64,000 nt of DNA from Mobula hypostoma (GCF_963921235.1 NC_086097.1:152212001-152276000), one strand, 5' to 3'; counted from the first letter of the stretch, positions 25,499 through 37,074 are shown. The notes: generated by a model not told the origin, from the sequence alone. Made by a program: numbers and translations.

Positions 25499-28400
25499 AT
25501 TCAATAATTTTCATAGAACATAGAACATAGAATAGTACAGCACAGTACAGGCCCTTCGGCCCACAATGTTGTGCCGACCCTCAAATCCTGCCTCCCATAT
25601 AAGCCCCCACCTTAGATTCCTCCATATACCTGTCTAGTAGTCTCTTAAACTTCACTAGTGTATCTGCCTCCACCACTGACTCAGGCAGTGCATTCCACGC
25701 ACCAACCACTCTCTGAGTAAAAAACCTTCCTCTAATATCTCCCTTGAACTTCCCACCCCTTACCTTAAAGCCATGTCCTCTTGTATTGAGCAGTGGTGCC
25801 CTGGGGAAGAGGCACTGTCTATCCAGTCTATCTATTTCTCTTATTATCCTGTACGTCTCTGTCATGTCTCCTCTCATCCTCCTTCTCTCCAGAGAGTAAA
25901 GCCCTAGCTCCCTTAATCTCTGATCTTAATCCATACTCTCTAAACCAGGCAGCATCCTGGTAAATCTCCTCTGTACCCATTCCAATGCTTCCACATCCTT
26001 CCTATAGTGAGGCGACCGGAAATGGACACAGCACTCCAACTCTGGAGGCCGAACCAGAGTTTTATAGAGCTGCATCATTACATCGCCACTCTTAAACTCT
26101 ATCCCTCGACTTATGAAAGCTAACACCACATAAGCTTTCTTAACTACCCTATCCACCTGTGAGGCAACTTTCAGGGATCTGTGGACATGTATCCCGAGAT
26201 CCCTCTGCTCCTCCACACTACCAAGTATCCTGCCATTTACTTTGTACTCTTCCTTGGAGTCTGTCCTTCCAAAGTGTACCACCTCACACTTCTCCGGGTT
26301 GAACTCCATCTGCCAATTCTCAGCCCACTTCTGCATCCTATCAACGTCTCTCTGCAATCTTTGACAATTGTCTACACTACTTACAAAACCACCAACCTTT
26401 GTGTCATCTGCAAACTTGCCAACCCACCCTTCTACCCCCACATCCAGGTCGTTAATAAAAATCACAATAAGTAGAGGTCCCAGAACAGATCCTTGTGGGA
26501 CACCACTAGTCACAATCCTCCAATCTGAATGTACTCCCTCCACCACCACCCTCTGCCTTCTGCAGGCAAGCCAATTCTGAATCCACCTGGCCAAACTTCC
26601 CTGGATCCCATGCCTTCTGACTTTCTGAATAAGCCTACCGTGTGGAACCTTGTCAAATGCCTTACTAAAATCCATATAAATCACATCCACAGCACTACCC
26701 TCTTCTATATGCCTAGTCACCTCCTCAAAGAACTCTATCAGGCTTGTTAGACATGATCTGCCCTTCACAAAGCCATACTGACCGTCCCTGATCAGACCAT
26801 GATTCTCCAAATGCCCATAGATCCTATCTCTAATAATCTTTTCCAACATCTTTCCCACAACAGACGTAAGGCTCACTGGTCTATAATTACCCGGACTATC
26901 GCTACTGCCTTTTTTGAACAAGGGGACATTTGCCTCCCTCCAATCCTCTGGTACCATTCCCGTGGACAACGAGGACATAAAGATCCTAGCCAGAGGCTCA
27001 GCAATCTCTTCCCTCGCCTCGTGGAGCAGCCTGGGGAATATTCCATCAGGCCCCGGGGACTTATCCGTCCTAATGTATTTTAACAACTCCAACACCTCCT
27101 CTCCCTTAATATCAACATGCTCCAGAACATCAACCTCACTCATATTGTCCTCATCATCATCGTTCCCTCTCATTGGTGAATACCGAAGAGAAGTATTCAT
27201 TGAGGACCTCGCTCACTTCCACAGCCTCCAGGCACATCTTCCCACCTTTATCTCTAATCGGTCCTACCTTCACTCCTGTCATCGTTTTGTTCTTCACATA
27301 ATTGAAGAATGCCTTGGGGTTTTCCTTCATCCTACTCGCCAAGGCCTTCTCATGCATCCTTCTTGCTCTTCTCAGCCCCTTCTTAAGCTCCTTTCTTGCT
27401 TCCCTATATTCCTCAATAGACCCATCTGATCCTTGCTTCCTAAACCTCATGTATGCTGCCTTCTTCCACCTGACTAGATTTTCCACCTCACTTGTCACCC
27501 ATGGTTCCTTCACCCTACCATTCTTTACCTTCCTCACCGGGACAAATTTATCCCTAACATTCTGCAAGAGGTCTCTAAACAGCGACCACATGTCCATAGT
27601 ACATTTCCCTGCAAAAACATCATCCCAATTCACACCTTCAAGTTCTAGACTTATAGCCTCATAATTTGCCCTTCCCCAATTAAAAATTTTCCTGTCCTCT
27701 CTGTTTCTATCCTTTTCCATGATAATGCTAAAGGCAAGGGAGTGGTGGTCACTGTCCCCCAGATGCTCACCCACTGAGAGATCTGTGACCTGACCCGGTT
27801 CATTTCCTAGTAGTAGATCTAGTATGGCATTTCCCCCAGTCGGCCTGTCCACATACTGTGACAGGAATCCATCCTGGACACACTTAACAAACTCTGCCCC
27901 ATCTAAACCATTGGAACTAATCAGGTGACAATCAATATTAGGGAAGTTAAAGTCACCCATGATAACAACCCTGTTATTTTTTCACCTTTCCAAAATCTGC
28001 CTCCCAATCTGCTCCTCTGTATCTCTGCTGCTACCAGGGGGGCCTATAGAAGACTCTCAATAGAGTAACTGCTCCCTTCCTGTTCCTGACTTCCACCCAT
28101 ACCGACTCAAAAGCGGATCCTGCTACATTACCCACCCTTTCTGTAGCTGCAATAGTATCCCTGACCAGTAATGCCACCCCTCCTCCCCTCCCCCCCATCC
28201 CTTTTAAAGCACTGAAATCCAGGAATATTGAGAATCCATTCCTGCCATGGTGCCAGCCAAGTCTCTGTAATGGCCACTACATCATAATTCCATGTATGTA
28301 TCCAAGCTCTCAGTTCATCACCTTTGTTCCTGATGCTTCTTGCATTGAGGTATGCACATTTCAGCCCTTCTACATTACTGTCTTTACACTGTTTATTCTG

Positions 28401-28529
28401 CTTCTCTTTCCTCAAAGCCTCTCTATATGTTAGACACAAGGAATTCTGCAGATGCTGGAAATTCAAGCAACACACATCAAAGTTGCTGGTGAACACAGCA
28501 GGCCAGGTAGCATCTATAGGAAGAGGTAC

Positions 28530-28565
28530 AGTCGATGTTTCAGGCCAAGACCCTTCATCAGGACT
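28530..28565 (-). ncRNA. Minimal type I hammerhead ribozyme motif (best preserved copy)
   Basis: Minus strand AGTC-CTGATGA-AGGGTCTTGGCCT-GAAA-CA-TC-GACT: helix I AGUC/GACU, both core boxes, NUH triplet AUC. Confidence 0.75.
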
Positions 28566-28999
28566 AACCGAAAGAAGAGCTAGTAGGAGACTCGAAAGAG
28601 GGAGGGGGTGATCCAAAATGATAGGAGGAGGGGGAGGGATGGAACCAAGAACTGGACAGTTGATTGGCAAATGGGATATGAGAGGATCGTGGGACAGGAG
28701 GCCCAGGGAGAAAGAAAAGGGGGAGGGGGGGAAAAACCCAGAGGATGGGCAAGGGGTATAGTGTAAGGGACAGAGGGAGAAAAAAGGAGAGAGAAGAAAA
28801 GAATGTGTGTATATAAATAAATAATGGATGGTGTACGAGGGGGAGGTGGGAGATCCTGTCCCATGATCCTCTCATATCCCTTTTGCCAATCAACTGTCCC
28901 GCTCTTGGTTCCATCCCTCCCCCTCCTGTCTCTCCTATCATTTTGGATCTGCCCCTCCCCCTCCCACTTTCAAATCTCTTACTAGCTCTTCTTTCAGTT

Positions 29000-29030
29000 A
29001 GTCCTGACGAAGGGTCTCGGCCCAAAACGT
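29000..29030 (+). ncRNA. Hammerhead motif, degenerate and truncated near the cleavage site
   Basis: AGTC-CTGACGA-AGGGTCTCGGCCC-AAAA-CGT; GAAA changed to AAAA, consistent with CpG decay. Confidence 0.6.
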
Positions 29031-29110
29031 GGGCCTATATGTTAGATCTGGCTTTACTCCATGCACTTCTTTCACTGCTCTATCGCTCTGGGTCCCATCC
29101 CCCTTGCAAA

Positions 29111-29120
29111 TTAGTTTAAA
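29111..29120 (-). promoter_or_regulatory. Candidate -1 frameshift slippery site at the CR1 ORF1/ORF2 junction
   Basis: GGT TTA AAC TAA in the ORF1 frame; ORF2 is in the -1 frame. Confidence 0.55.
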
Positions 29121-29244
29121 CCCTCCTGAACCATGCTAGCAAACTTACCTGCAAGGATATTGCTCCCCCTCGAGTTCAGGTGCAACCCATCCAATCTGTA
29201 CAGGTCCTACCTTCCCCAGAAGAGATCCCAATGGTCCAATGATT

Positions 29245-29392
29245 TCTGTTTACAAGCATGTATATAATTTTCAATTTACGTGAACATACATGCGTGCCAC
29301 ATTAAAGTAAAAATGAAGTTAGACACGTTTATCCCAGTCAGCCCTTGTTTTTCTTTATGTTAGTTTTACGTTTTTGAGTTACAAAACATGAC
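29245..29392 (+). repeat. LTR fragment related to the Mag-like LTR at 59810-60061
   Basis: Shares TTAAAGTAAA..AAGTTAGAC..GTTACAAAACAT with 59970-60060. Confidence 0.45.
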
Positions 29393-29559
29393 AATTACCT
29401 CAGACTGTCAAAGTGCGAGGTAAAGATCTCATGGAACACCCCAGCCAGTTGACCAGCACCAATCTTTAGTACTCAACCAGCTACTCCATCTGAACTGGAT
29501 GCTTTCTGTGGGATTACACTCTTGAGGGATCCCATTTCAAAATTTATTCTCCCTTAAGA

Positions 29560-29740
29560 CTCAACTAAAACACCTGTAAACACCAGGAGAAATTTACACA
29601 GGCCAATTAATCTACATCTTGGACATCTTTGGGACTGTGACAAGGGGAGCATAAAGGCTCTACACTGGATTTCATAATCAAATACAGGTATCTGGTGCTC
29701 TGGGACAATGATTCAACTCGCTGCATGACCGTACCATCCT
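29560..29740 (-). mobile_element. Decayed HE1/V-SINE-like element
   Basis: The reverse complement contains ATTAATTGGCCTGTGTAAATT and a tRNA-like head remnant. Confidence 0.45.
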
Positions 29741-31449
29741 AAAATCACAGCTACTCTGACTATGGCCTGTAGCAATATCCAGTGGCGCTTCACAGCCCCC
29801 CCCCCCCGCCCGCTTATATCAAAAATCTATCTATCATTCTATTAACTTGAGTATTTGACTTCAATGATCTTTTGAGAAAGAGAATTGCGAAGACTTGTGC
29901 TCTTACAAGGGAAAACTGTTTGAGGCAATTACCTTGCATGAAACTCAAGTGTGTCCTGCATCAAACATTGATAGACAGAACTCATTTCTAATCTGACCTT
30001 CAGTGATGGGGGTGGGAGGAAATATTCACTTGCTTCTGTTTTAAACTAGCAACACCTTTTTTTATGGTGATCTCTAGTTCTAAATACATTGGAATTGGGA
30101 GCAACATTCAATTCAGATGACATTGTTGGCTTAATGTTGAATTTAACGATCACCTGCTTGTCGGTTCACAGCTGATATTGGTGGACAATGCTCAGACCAA
30201 AATAAATCTAGACTGCAATTCTCATATCACTGCTACTTGATTTCATCACTGATTCTTGCTTTTCAGCGGAATGCTGCCTGACATCATTCCATCTATCAGT
30301 TTTTACTAAAAACAATGAGCATGTTTGAATAATGAAAAAGACCATGAAATGTATTTCTGTTGATAATGAAGTGTATGAATCACAGGTTTAAAGAGTAACC
30401 GGAGGGCGTGTGTCAAAATCTGAATAATGCAGGTGTGGATGCTTACTAAAAGGCTATGAGCTCAGATCTGACCAGGGAGAAGCAAATGGAGGCCTTTCCC
30501 CATCAACAAAGGTCAAATTTGAATTGAGTTCTGTCTATCAACGTCTGGTGTTCGGCACACATGAGTTTCCTGTAAGTTAATTGCCTAGCATTTGACACCT
30601 AATTTAGTTTGAATAGGCCAAGGCAGAGAATGGAAATGTCAAACAACAGCAGTGTGCTCATTCTTCTGAGATTCGAGCATTGCTAGATTGATGGAGAACT
30701 TTAATAGGCATCCTAGCACTGCCTTTAATATGTGCCATGTATGACAAAAGGACATTTAGAACCATTATATCACAAAACTTGTCAAGCAGAAGCTGCTTTT
30801 AAAATAAACTTTTGGCCACGGTTCTCACTGATATACTCAAAATGCCAAAAGCTGCTACCCAGGCCATTTCTATTTTGGCACTGGCAGCCAAAGTACAATG
30901 TCTTCATCTCTGCTTGGTCATATTAAAATCCCAGCAGTACAACTGGCCATACATCGACTAACTTACATTGCAGGCAACTCTTCAAAAGTTGTATCTCTGT
31001 AATTAGTATTATAAACACAAGCGAGATTCTGGTCTGTTAACTCTTCTGTATCAATTAAAACTTCCTCATGGACATTGAAGATTTTGGAATTATAGTTACA
31101 GCTGTAATGTAGACAATACAGCAGTAAATTTACCCACAGGAAACCTATGCCAACAACAATGAAATGAATGAATTTTTGATGGGGTAAAAATTAGCATTGC
31201 AAATATTGTTCACACACCAGAGAGGATTCATTAGTACCGTGTTTACACGATTAAAATCTTTTAATTCTTCTCTTTTTTATTGGTTGCAGGCCATGCTGGA
31301 AAATTTTGAATGGGGTGGGAATGGTGTCTAGTTCAAGTTCAAGTTTAATTATTGTTCAGCCATGTGAATACCTATGATTACAGAGAAATGAACAGCATTC
31401 CTCAAGGTGCTAAACTCTGTACCAACAGCTGTACGCAGCACAAGGCACA

Positions 31450-31980
31450 CAGACATCCCACCCTGCAAAAACTCATTTCAGGGAGGTAGCACGATCAATT
31501 TGCAGGAGACTGCTGGAAGTTCCAGGAGAGGTGGGATGTCTGCAACAGAGTAGCTCCTTAGCAACTAGCCAGATAGCTTAAATAACTTTAAACTGGGTTA
31601 ATGAACGAATGACACCTGTTAAACTCACCTCAATATGTCTTTTACAGTCTTAACCCACCATGGGCAATAGAAAAGTCACTGTTGCAAACAGTGCAGTGAG
31701 CAACACTGTCATTATTTTGACCCCTATTAGGCAGGGGTACACTTTAGTGTAGTCTGGGGTGACGTACGTTTTATATTTTCTTTTTTTGGAACACTCTCCC
31801 ATGGCACGATCTCTCTCTCTCTCTCTCGCTCTCTCTCGCTCTCTCTCTCTCTCTCTCTTGCTCTCTCTCGCTCTCAAAAAAAATTGATTTCTGGGATATT
31901 GTACATAATTTGCAGGCATCAGGGAGCCACGATTAATATGCGGGAGACTCCCGGAACTTCCAGGAGAGGTGGGATGTCTG
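31450..31980. mobile_element. Non-autonomous DNA transposon (hAT-like CAG..CTG termini)
   Basis: TIR CAGACATCCCACC / GGTGGGATGTCTG, apparent 6-bp TSD GGCACA (31444-31449 / 31981-31986). A related copy lies at 42976-44284. Confidence 0.75.
31810..31875. repeat. (CT)n/(CTCG) microsatellite inside the MITE
   Basis: Read directly from the sequence. Confidence 0.9.
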
Positions 31981-32608
31981 GGCACATATAGCATGTGTAA
32001 GATAGCAGTAAACATACAGTCACATCAAAAAGATATAATAAGCTCAAGTTCCTGAATCCATGGATGTTGTTGCAAGACCAAGCCTGCAGCATTCTGCGGA
32101 CGAATGCGATCCAGCTTGCTTTCTGCCAATCAAACACTGGAGGGCAGCACCAATGGAGGAGGTCAGCCCCCAATCTAGTATGGACGCCATGCCACACCAC
32201 ATCCAGCATCACCTCTCCTAGGCGACTGTAACAGGCGACACTGCTGCGTGAAGCATAGTCCATGCTACAACCGAGGCCACGCAGTTCGCGTGCCATTGGT
32301 CTTGTCAACAAAGCAGTGAAGCGGACTTGCAGTATTCTACATTACCAATGTCCTACAGGGTCTTGTGATAACAAGAAAAATGTGTGCTCATTTTGAACTG
32401 ATTGTCCAGAGGATACTATGTCAGTTCCCAATTAACAGTTGAAAGGTCCAAACTGCACAGTGAGCCCAAATATAAGGCTGACAAATACCCAACTGGTCAA
32501 TTAATTATGCAAACACGAGGAAATCTGCAGATACTGGAATTTCAAGCAACACACATCAAAGTTGCTGGTGAACGCAACAGGCCAGGCAGCATCTCTAAGA
32601 AGAGGTAC

Positions 32609-32644
32609 AGTCAACCTTTTGGGCCGAGACCCTTCATCAGGACT
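32609..32644 (-). ncRNA. Degenerate hammerhead motif
   Basis: Minus AGTC-CTGATGA-AGGGTCTCGGCCC-AAAA-GG-TT-GACT. Confidence 0.55.
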
Positions 32645-33617
32645 AACTGAAAGAAGAGCTACTATCTCGCCCATTTCACGCACATCTGCTTTCACCCCAT
32701 CCTCCCACCACTCCACTAGGAATAGGGTTCCCCTTGTCCTCACCTACCATCCCACCAGCCTCCGGGTCCAACATATAATTCTCCGTAACTTCCGCCACCT
32801 CCAACGGGATCCCACTACTAAGCACATCTTTCCCTCCCCTCTCCACTTTCCGCAAGGATCGCTCCCTACGCGACTCCCTTGTCCATTCGTCCCCCCCATC
32901 CCTCCCCACTGATCTCCCTCCTGGCCCTTATCCTTGTAAGCGGAACAAGTGCTACACATGCCCTTACACTTCCTCCCTTACTACCATTCAGGGCCCCAGA
33001 CAGTCCTTCCAGGTGAGGTGACACTTCACCTGTGAGTCAGCTGGGGTGATATACTGCGTCCGGTTCTCCTGATTCAGCTTTCTATATATTGGTGAGACCC
33101 AAAGCAGACTGGGAGACCATTTCACTGAACACCTACAGAGAAAGCAAGATCTCCCAGTGGACACACATTTTAATTCCATGTCCCATTCCGACATGTCTAT
33201 CCACGGCCTCCTCTACTGTAAAGGTGAAGCCACACTCAGGTTGGAGGAACAACACCTTATATTCTGCCTGGGTAGCTTCCAAGCTGATGGCATGAACATT
33301 GACTTCTCTAACTTCCGCTAATGCCCCACCTCCCCCTCGTACCCCATCCATTATTTATTTATATACACACACTCTTTCTCTCTTTCTCCTTTTTCCCCCT
33401 CTGTCCCTCTCACTATACTCCATGTCCATCCTCTGGGCTTCCCTCCTCCCACTTTCTTTCTCCCTAGGCCTCCCGTCCTATGATCCTCTCATATCTCTTT
33501 TGCCAATCAACTGTCCAGCTCTCGACTCCATCCCTCCTCCTCCTGTCTTCTCCTATCACTTCTGATCTCCCCCTCTCCCTCCCACTTTCAAATCTCTTAC
33601 TATCTCTTCTTTCAGTT

Positions 33618-33652
33618 AGTCCTGATGAAGGGTTTCGGCCCAAACGTCAACT
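33618..33652 (+). ncRNA. Degenerate hammerhead motif
   Basis: AGTC-CTGATGA-AGGGTTTCGGCCC-AAA-CG-TC-AACT. Confidence 0.55.
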
Positions 33653-33719
33653 GTACCTCTTCCTACAGATGCTGCCTGGCCTGCTGCGTTCACCAGCAAC
33701 TTTTATGTGGTCAATTAAT

Positions 33720-35340
33720 GTGTGTCCCTGAAAATGGATATTCACCTCCCCCCAGAAGTTATGTTTTATTGTTTTACAACATTGAATCACAGTGGATTTA
33801 ATTAGTTGCTTTTTACACTGATCAACAGAAAAAGAGTCTTTAGTGTCAAAGTGAAAAACAAATCTCTACAAAGTGATTTAAATTAATTACAAATATAAAA
33901 CACAAAATAATTGGTTGCATAAGTATTCACCATTCCAAGTCAGTATTTAGTAGATGCTCTTTTGGCAACAATTACAGCCTTGAGCCTATGTGGATGGGTC
34001 TCTATCAGCTTTGCATATCTGGATGCTCCAAATTTTCGCTATTATTTTTTTACAAAACTGCTCAAGCTTTGTCAGATGGCATGGGGATCGTGAGTGAACA
34101 CTCCTTTTCAAGTCCAGCCACCAATTTTCAATTGGATTGAGGTCTGTACTCTGACTTGGCTACTCCAGGACATTAACTTTGTTGTTTTTAAGCCATTCCT
34201 GTGTAGTTTTGGCTTTATTCTTGGGGTCATTGTCTTGCTGGAAAACAAATCTTTTTCTAAATCACAGACTATGTCAAGTTTTCCTCCAGGATTTTCCTGT
34301 ATTTTGTTGTATTCATTTTACATTTTACCCTCTACCTTCACAGGCCTTCCAGGATCTGCTGCAGTGAAGCATCCCACAGCATAAGGCAGCTACCACTATG
34401 CTTCACGTTAGGGATGGTGTGCTTTTGATAATGTACCATCTTTCATTTATGCTAAACATAGCATTGAGTCTGATGGCCAAAAAGATCAATTTTGGTTTAA
34501 TCCGACCATAGAACCTTCTTCCAGCTGACTTCAGAGTCTCCCAGATGCCGCCTGGGAAACTCTAGCTGAGATCTCATGTGAGTTGCTTTCAACTTTTTGC
34601 CACTCTCCCATAAAACTGTGACTGGTGAAGCACCTGGGCAACAGCTCTATGCACAGCCAACCCGCCCCCATCTCAGCCACTGAAGCTGTAACTCCTCCAG
34701 AGATGTCATAGATCACCTGGTAGTCTCCCTCACTAGTCCCCTTCTTGCACGGTCACTCAGCTTTTGAGGATGGCCTGCTCGAGGCAAATTTACAGTTGTG
34801 CCATATTCTTTCCATTTTTTGATGATTGACTTAACTGTACTCAAAGGGATATTCAGTGACTCTTTTTGTATCCATCTCCTGACTTGTGCTTTTCAATATC
34901 CTTTTCGTAGAGTTGCTTGGAGTGCTCTTTTGTCTTCACGGTGCAGTTTTTGCCAGGATACTGACTCATCAGCAGTTGGGCCTTCCAGATTCCGGTGTTT
35001 GAGCTGTTTTGTAATGAAAAATGGGGGAAAATTACAGCATCTAGATGTGCAAAGCTAATAGAGACCCATTCACACAGACTCAAAGCTGTAATTACTGTCA
35101 AAGGTGCATCCACTGAACACAGACTTGAGGGGGAGAATACTTATACAATCAATTATTTTGTGTTTTATATTTGTAATTTATTTAGATCACTTTGTAGCGA
35201 TCTGTTTTCACTATGACATGAACGAGTTTTTTCTGTTGATCAGTGTCAAAATAAAACAAATTAAATCCACTGTGATTCAATGTTGTAAAACAATAAAACA
35301 TGCAAACTTCCAAAGGGGTGAATATTTTTCATTAGCATTG
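33720..35340 (-). mobile_element. Tc1-family (IR/DR type) DNA transposon, decayed transposase
   Basis: ~210-bp TIRs (33720-33931 / 35130-35340). Minus strand HSKQL..EKHKSGDGYKK, MLWGCF, FQQDNDPK, DLNPIEN. Confidence 0.88.
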
Positions 35341-35380
35341 TATACACAGCCCATTATTTTCAATCTTTAGAGCTTAACCC

Positions 35381-36868
35381 AGAATCAAATCAGGTTTAAT
35401 ATCACTGGCATATGTTATGAAATTTGCTTTACGGCAGCAGTACAATGCAATACATGATAATTTAAAAAACTCTGAATTGCAATAAGTAGTAAATATAAAA
35501 AATACATTTAAAAAGTAGCGCAAAGAGAGAAAAACACAGTGAGCTACTGTTTATGAATTCATTGTCCATAAACTGTTCCTGAAATGTTGAAACTGTGTCC
35601 TCAGACTCCTTTACCTCTACTTGATAGTAGCAATGAGAGGAGGGTACGTCTTTGGATGGGGGTCCTTAAAGATGGATGCCACCTTTTTGAAGCATCGCCT
35701 TTTGAAAGTAGCCTTGATGCTGGGGAGGCTAGAGCACATGATGGAGCTGGCTGAGTGTATAACGTTCTGCAGCATTTTCCATCCTGTGCAGAGGCACCTC
35801 CATACCAGATGGCAATGCAACCTGTTAGAATGGTCTCCATGGTACATCCATAGAAATTTGAGACCGTCTTTGGTGACATATCGAGTCTCGTCAAACTCCT
35901 TATGAAATACAGTCATGCCATCTTTGAAATTGCATCAGTATGTTGGGTTAAGATAGTTCTTCAGAGATGTTGACACCCAGAAACGAAACTGCTCATCAAT
36001 TCCACTTCTGATCCCTCGATGAGGAGGAGTGTGTGTTCCCCTGATCTCACATTCTTGAAGTCCACATCAATTCCTTGGACTTACTGACATTGAGTGCAAG
36101 TTGCTTGTTGCAACACCAGCTGATCTATCTTGCTTCTGTAATCCTCCTCTTCACCTTCTGAAATTCTGCCAACCATAGTTGTGGCACTAAGAAATCTGTA
36201 GATCATGTTTTTAGCACTGGGCGATAGTCATTCACCCTGCTCTTGGACACTGATATGATTGTTGCCTTTTTAAAGCAGATGGGAACCACCACTGCAGCAG
36301 TGAATGATTGAAGATGTCCTTGAACACACCCGCCAGTTGGTTGGCACAGGTTTCCAGAGCTCTACCAGGTACACCATCAGGACCTGAAGCCTTGTGAGTG
36401 TTCACCCTCTTGAAAGGCATTCTTACGTCAACCTCTGAGACAGAGATCACCAGGTCCCCCGATATTGCAGGGATTTGCACAGGTGTAGTTTTGTTCTCTG
36501 TTTCAGAGCGTGCATAAAAAACATTGAGCTCATCTTGACTTGAATCATTGCAGCCATTCATGATATAAGGTTTCACTCTGTAGGAAGTAATGGCCTGCAA
36601 GCCCTGCCAGAGCTGACGTGTCTAACCTCAATTGGAATTGTTTATTTCTCTCTTAAAATAGCCTTCCATTGTTTTCACCTGAACTTCTTGTATAGTTCTA
36701 GATCACTGGTCTTGAATGCCACTGATCTAGAGCTCAGCAGACTATGAATCTCTTGGTTCATTGATGGCTTTTGATTTGGGTATGTCCGGTTTGTTCTCAA
36801 AGGCACACACTCATCCACAAAGGTCTTGAAATCGGTGACAACTGTGGTATATTCATTCAGATTCAAAG
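35381..36868 (-). mobile_element. Rex1/Babar-clade LINE fragments
   Basis: YPNQKP, KASGPDGVPGRALETCANQLAGVFKDIFN, FYGCTMETILTGCIAIWYG. Confidence 0.8.
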
Positions 36869-37074
36869 ATTTTTCTCATTCTAAAGTGTAACCCTGTCTT
36901 AGTTGAGATAATAATAGGAGGGGGACAAGCTAGACAAAGGAATAAAGGTTCCCATACCTCACTGACGGTCAGTGAAAGTGCTTGGCTTTAACATCAAGCG
37001 TTAGTGGAGGGATTGTAAATGGGACATTGCAGTCAACTCTGGCACACCACTGTCGAGTAATGTCTGACGTGATA

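Larger units (their letters stand above)
28435..29034. mobile_element. Penelope-like insertion made of two inverted pseudo-LTRs
   Basis: Minus arm 28435-~28852 and plus arm ~28853-29030. 12-bp TSD CTATATGTTAGA (28423-28434 / 29035-29046). Confidence 0.88.
25511..29240 (-). mobile_element. CR1 LINE (ORF1 3' end + complete ORF2 with a few frameshifts), interrupted by a PLE
   Basis: ORF1 end DGLHLN..QEGLN*, APE AYLNARSI/ITETW/GDFNFP, RT 25926-27200 (YMDFSKAFDKVPH, GVPQGSVLGP, KFADDTK), (CATAGAA)n tail at 25511. Confidence 0.93.
32506..33707 (+). mobile_element. Penelope-like element, 5'-truncated with inverted pseudo-LTR; GIY-YIG endonuclease remnant
   Basis: VPLVLTYHP, CKRNKCYTC, VIYC..LYIGET, LQADGMNIDFS. 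Inverted pLTR at 32506-32662. 12-bp TSD TGGTCAATTAAT (32494-32505 / 33708-33719). Confidence 0.9.

Noticed and set aside
21380..25530. Numerous overlapping alternative-frame ORFs in the Gypsy element
   Set aside because: By-products of high GC content and antisense shadows of pol; no recognisable domains, no env-like ORF.
28128..28670. Novel 180-aa protein
   Set aside because: Chimeric frame created by the PLE arm reading into the CR1 endonuclease.
30267..30385. Plus-strand coding exon after CTTGCTTTTCAG
   Set aside because: Stops in all three frames and a weak donor.
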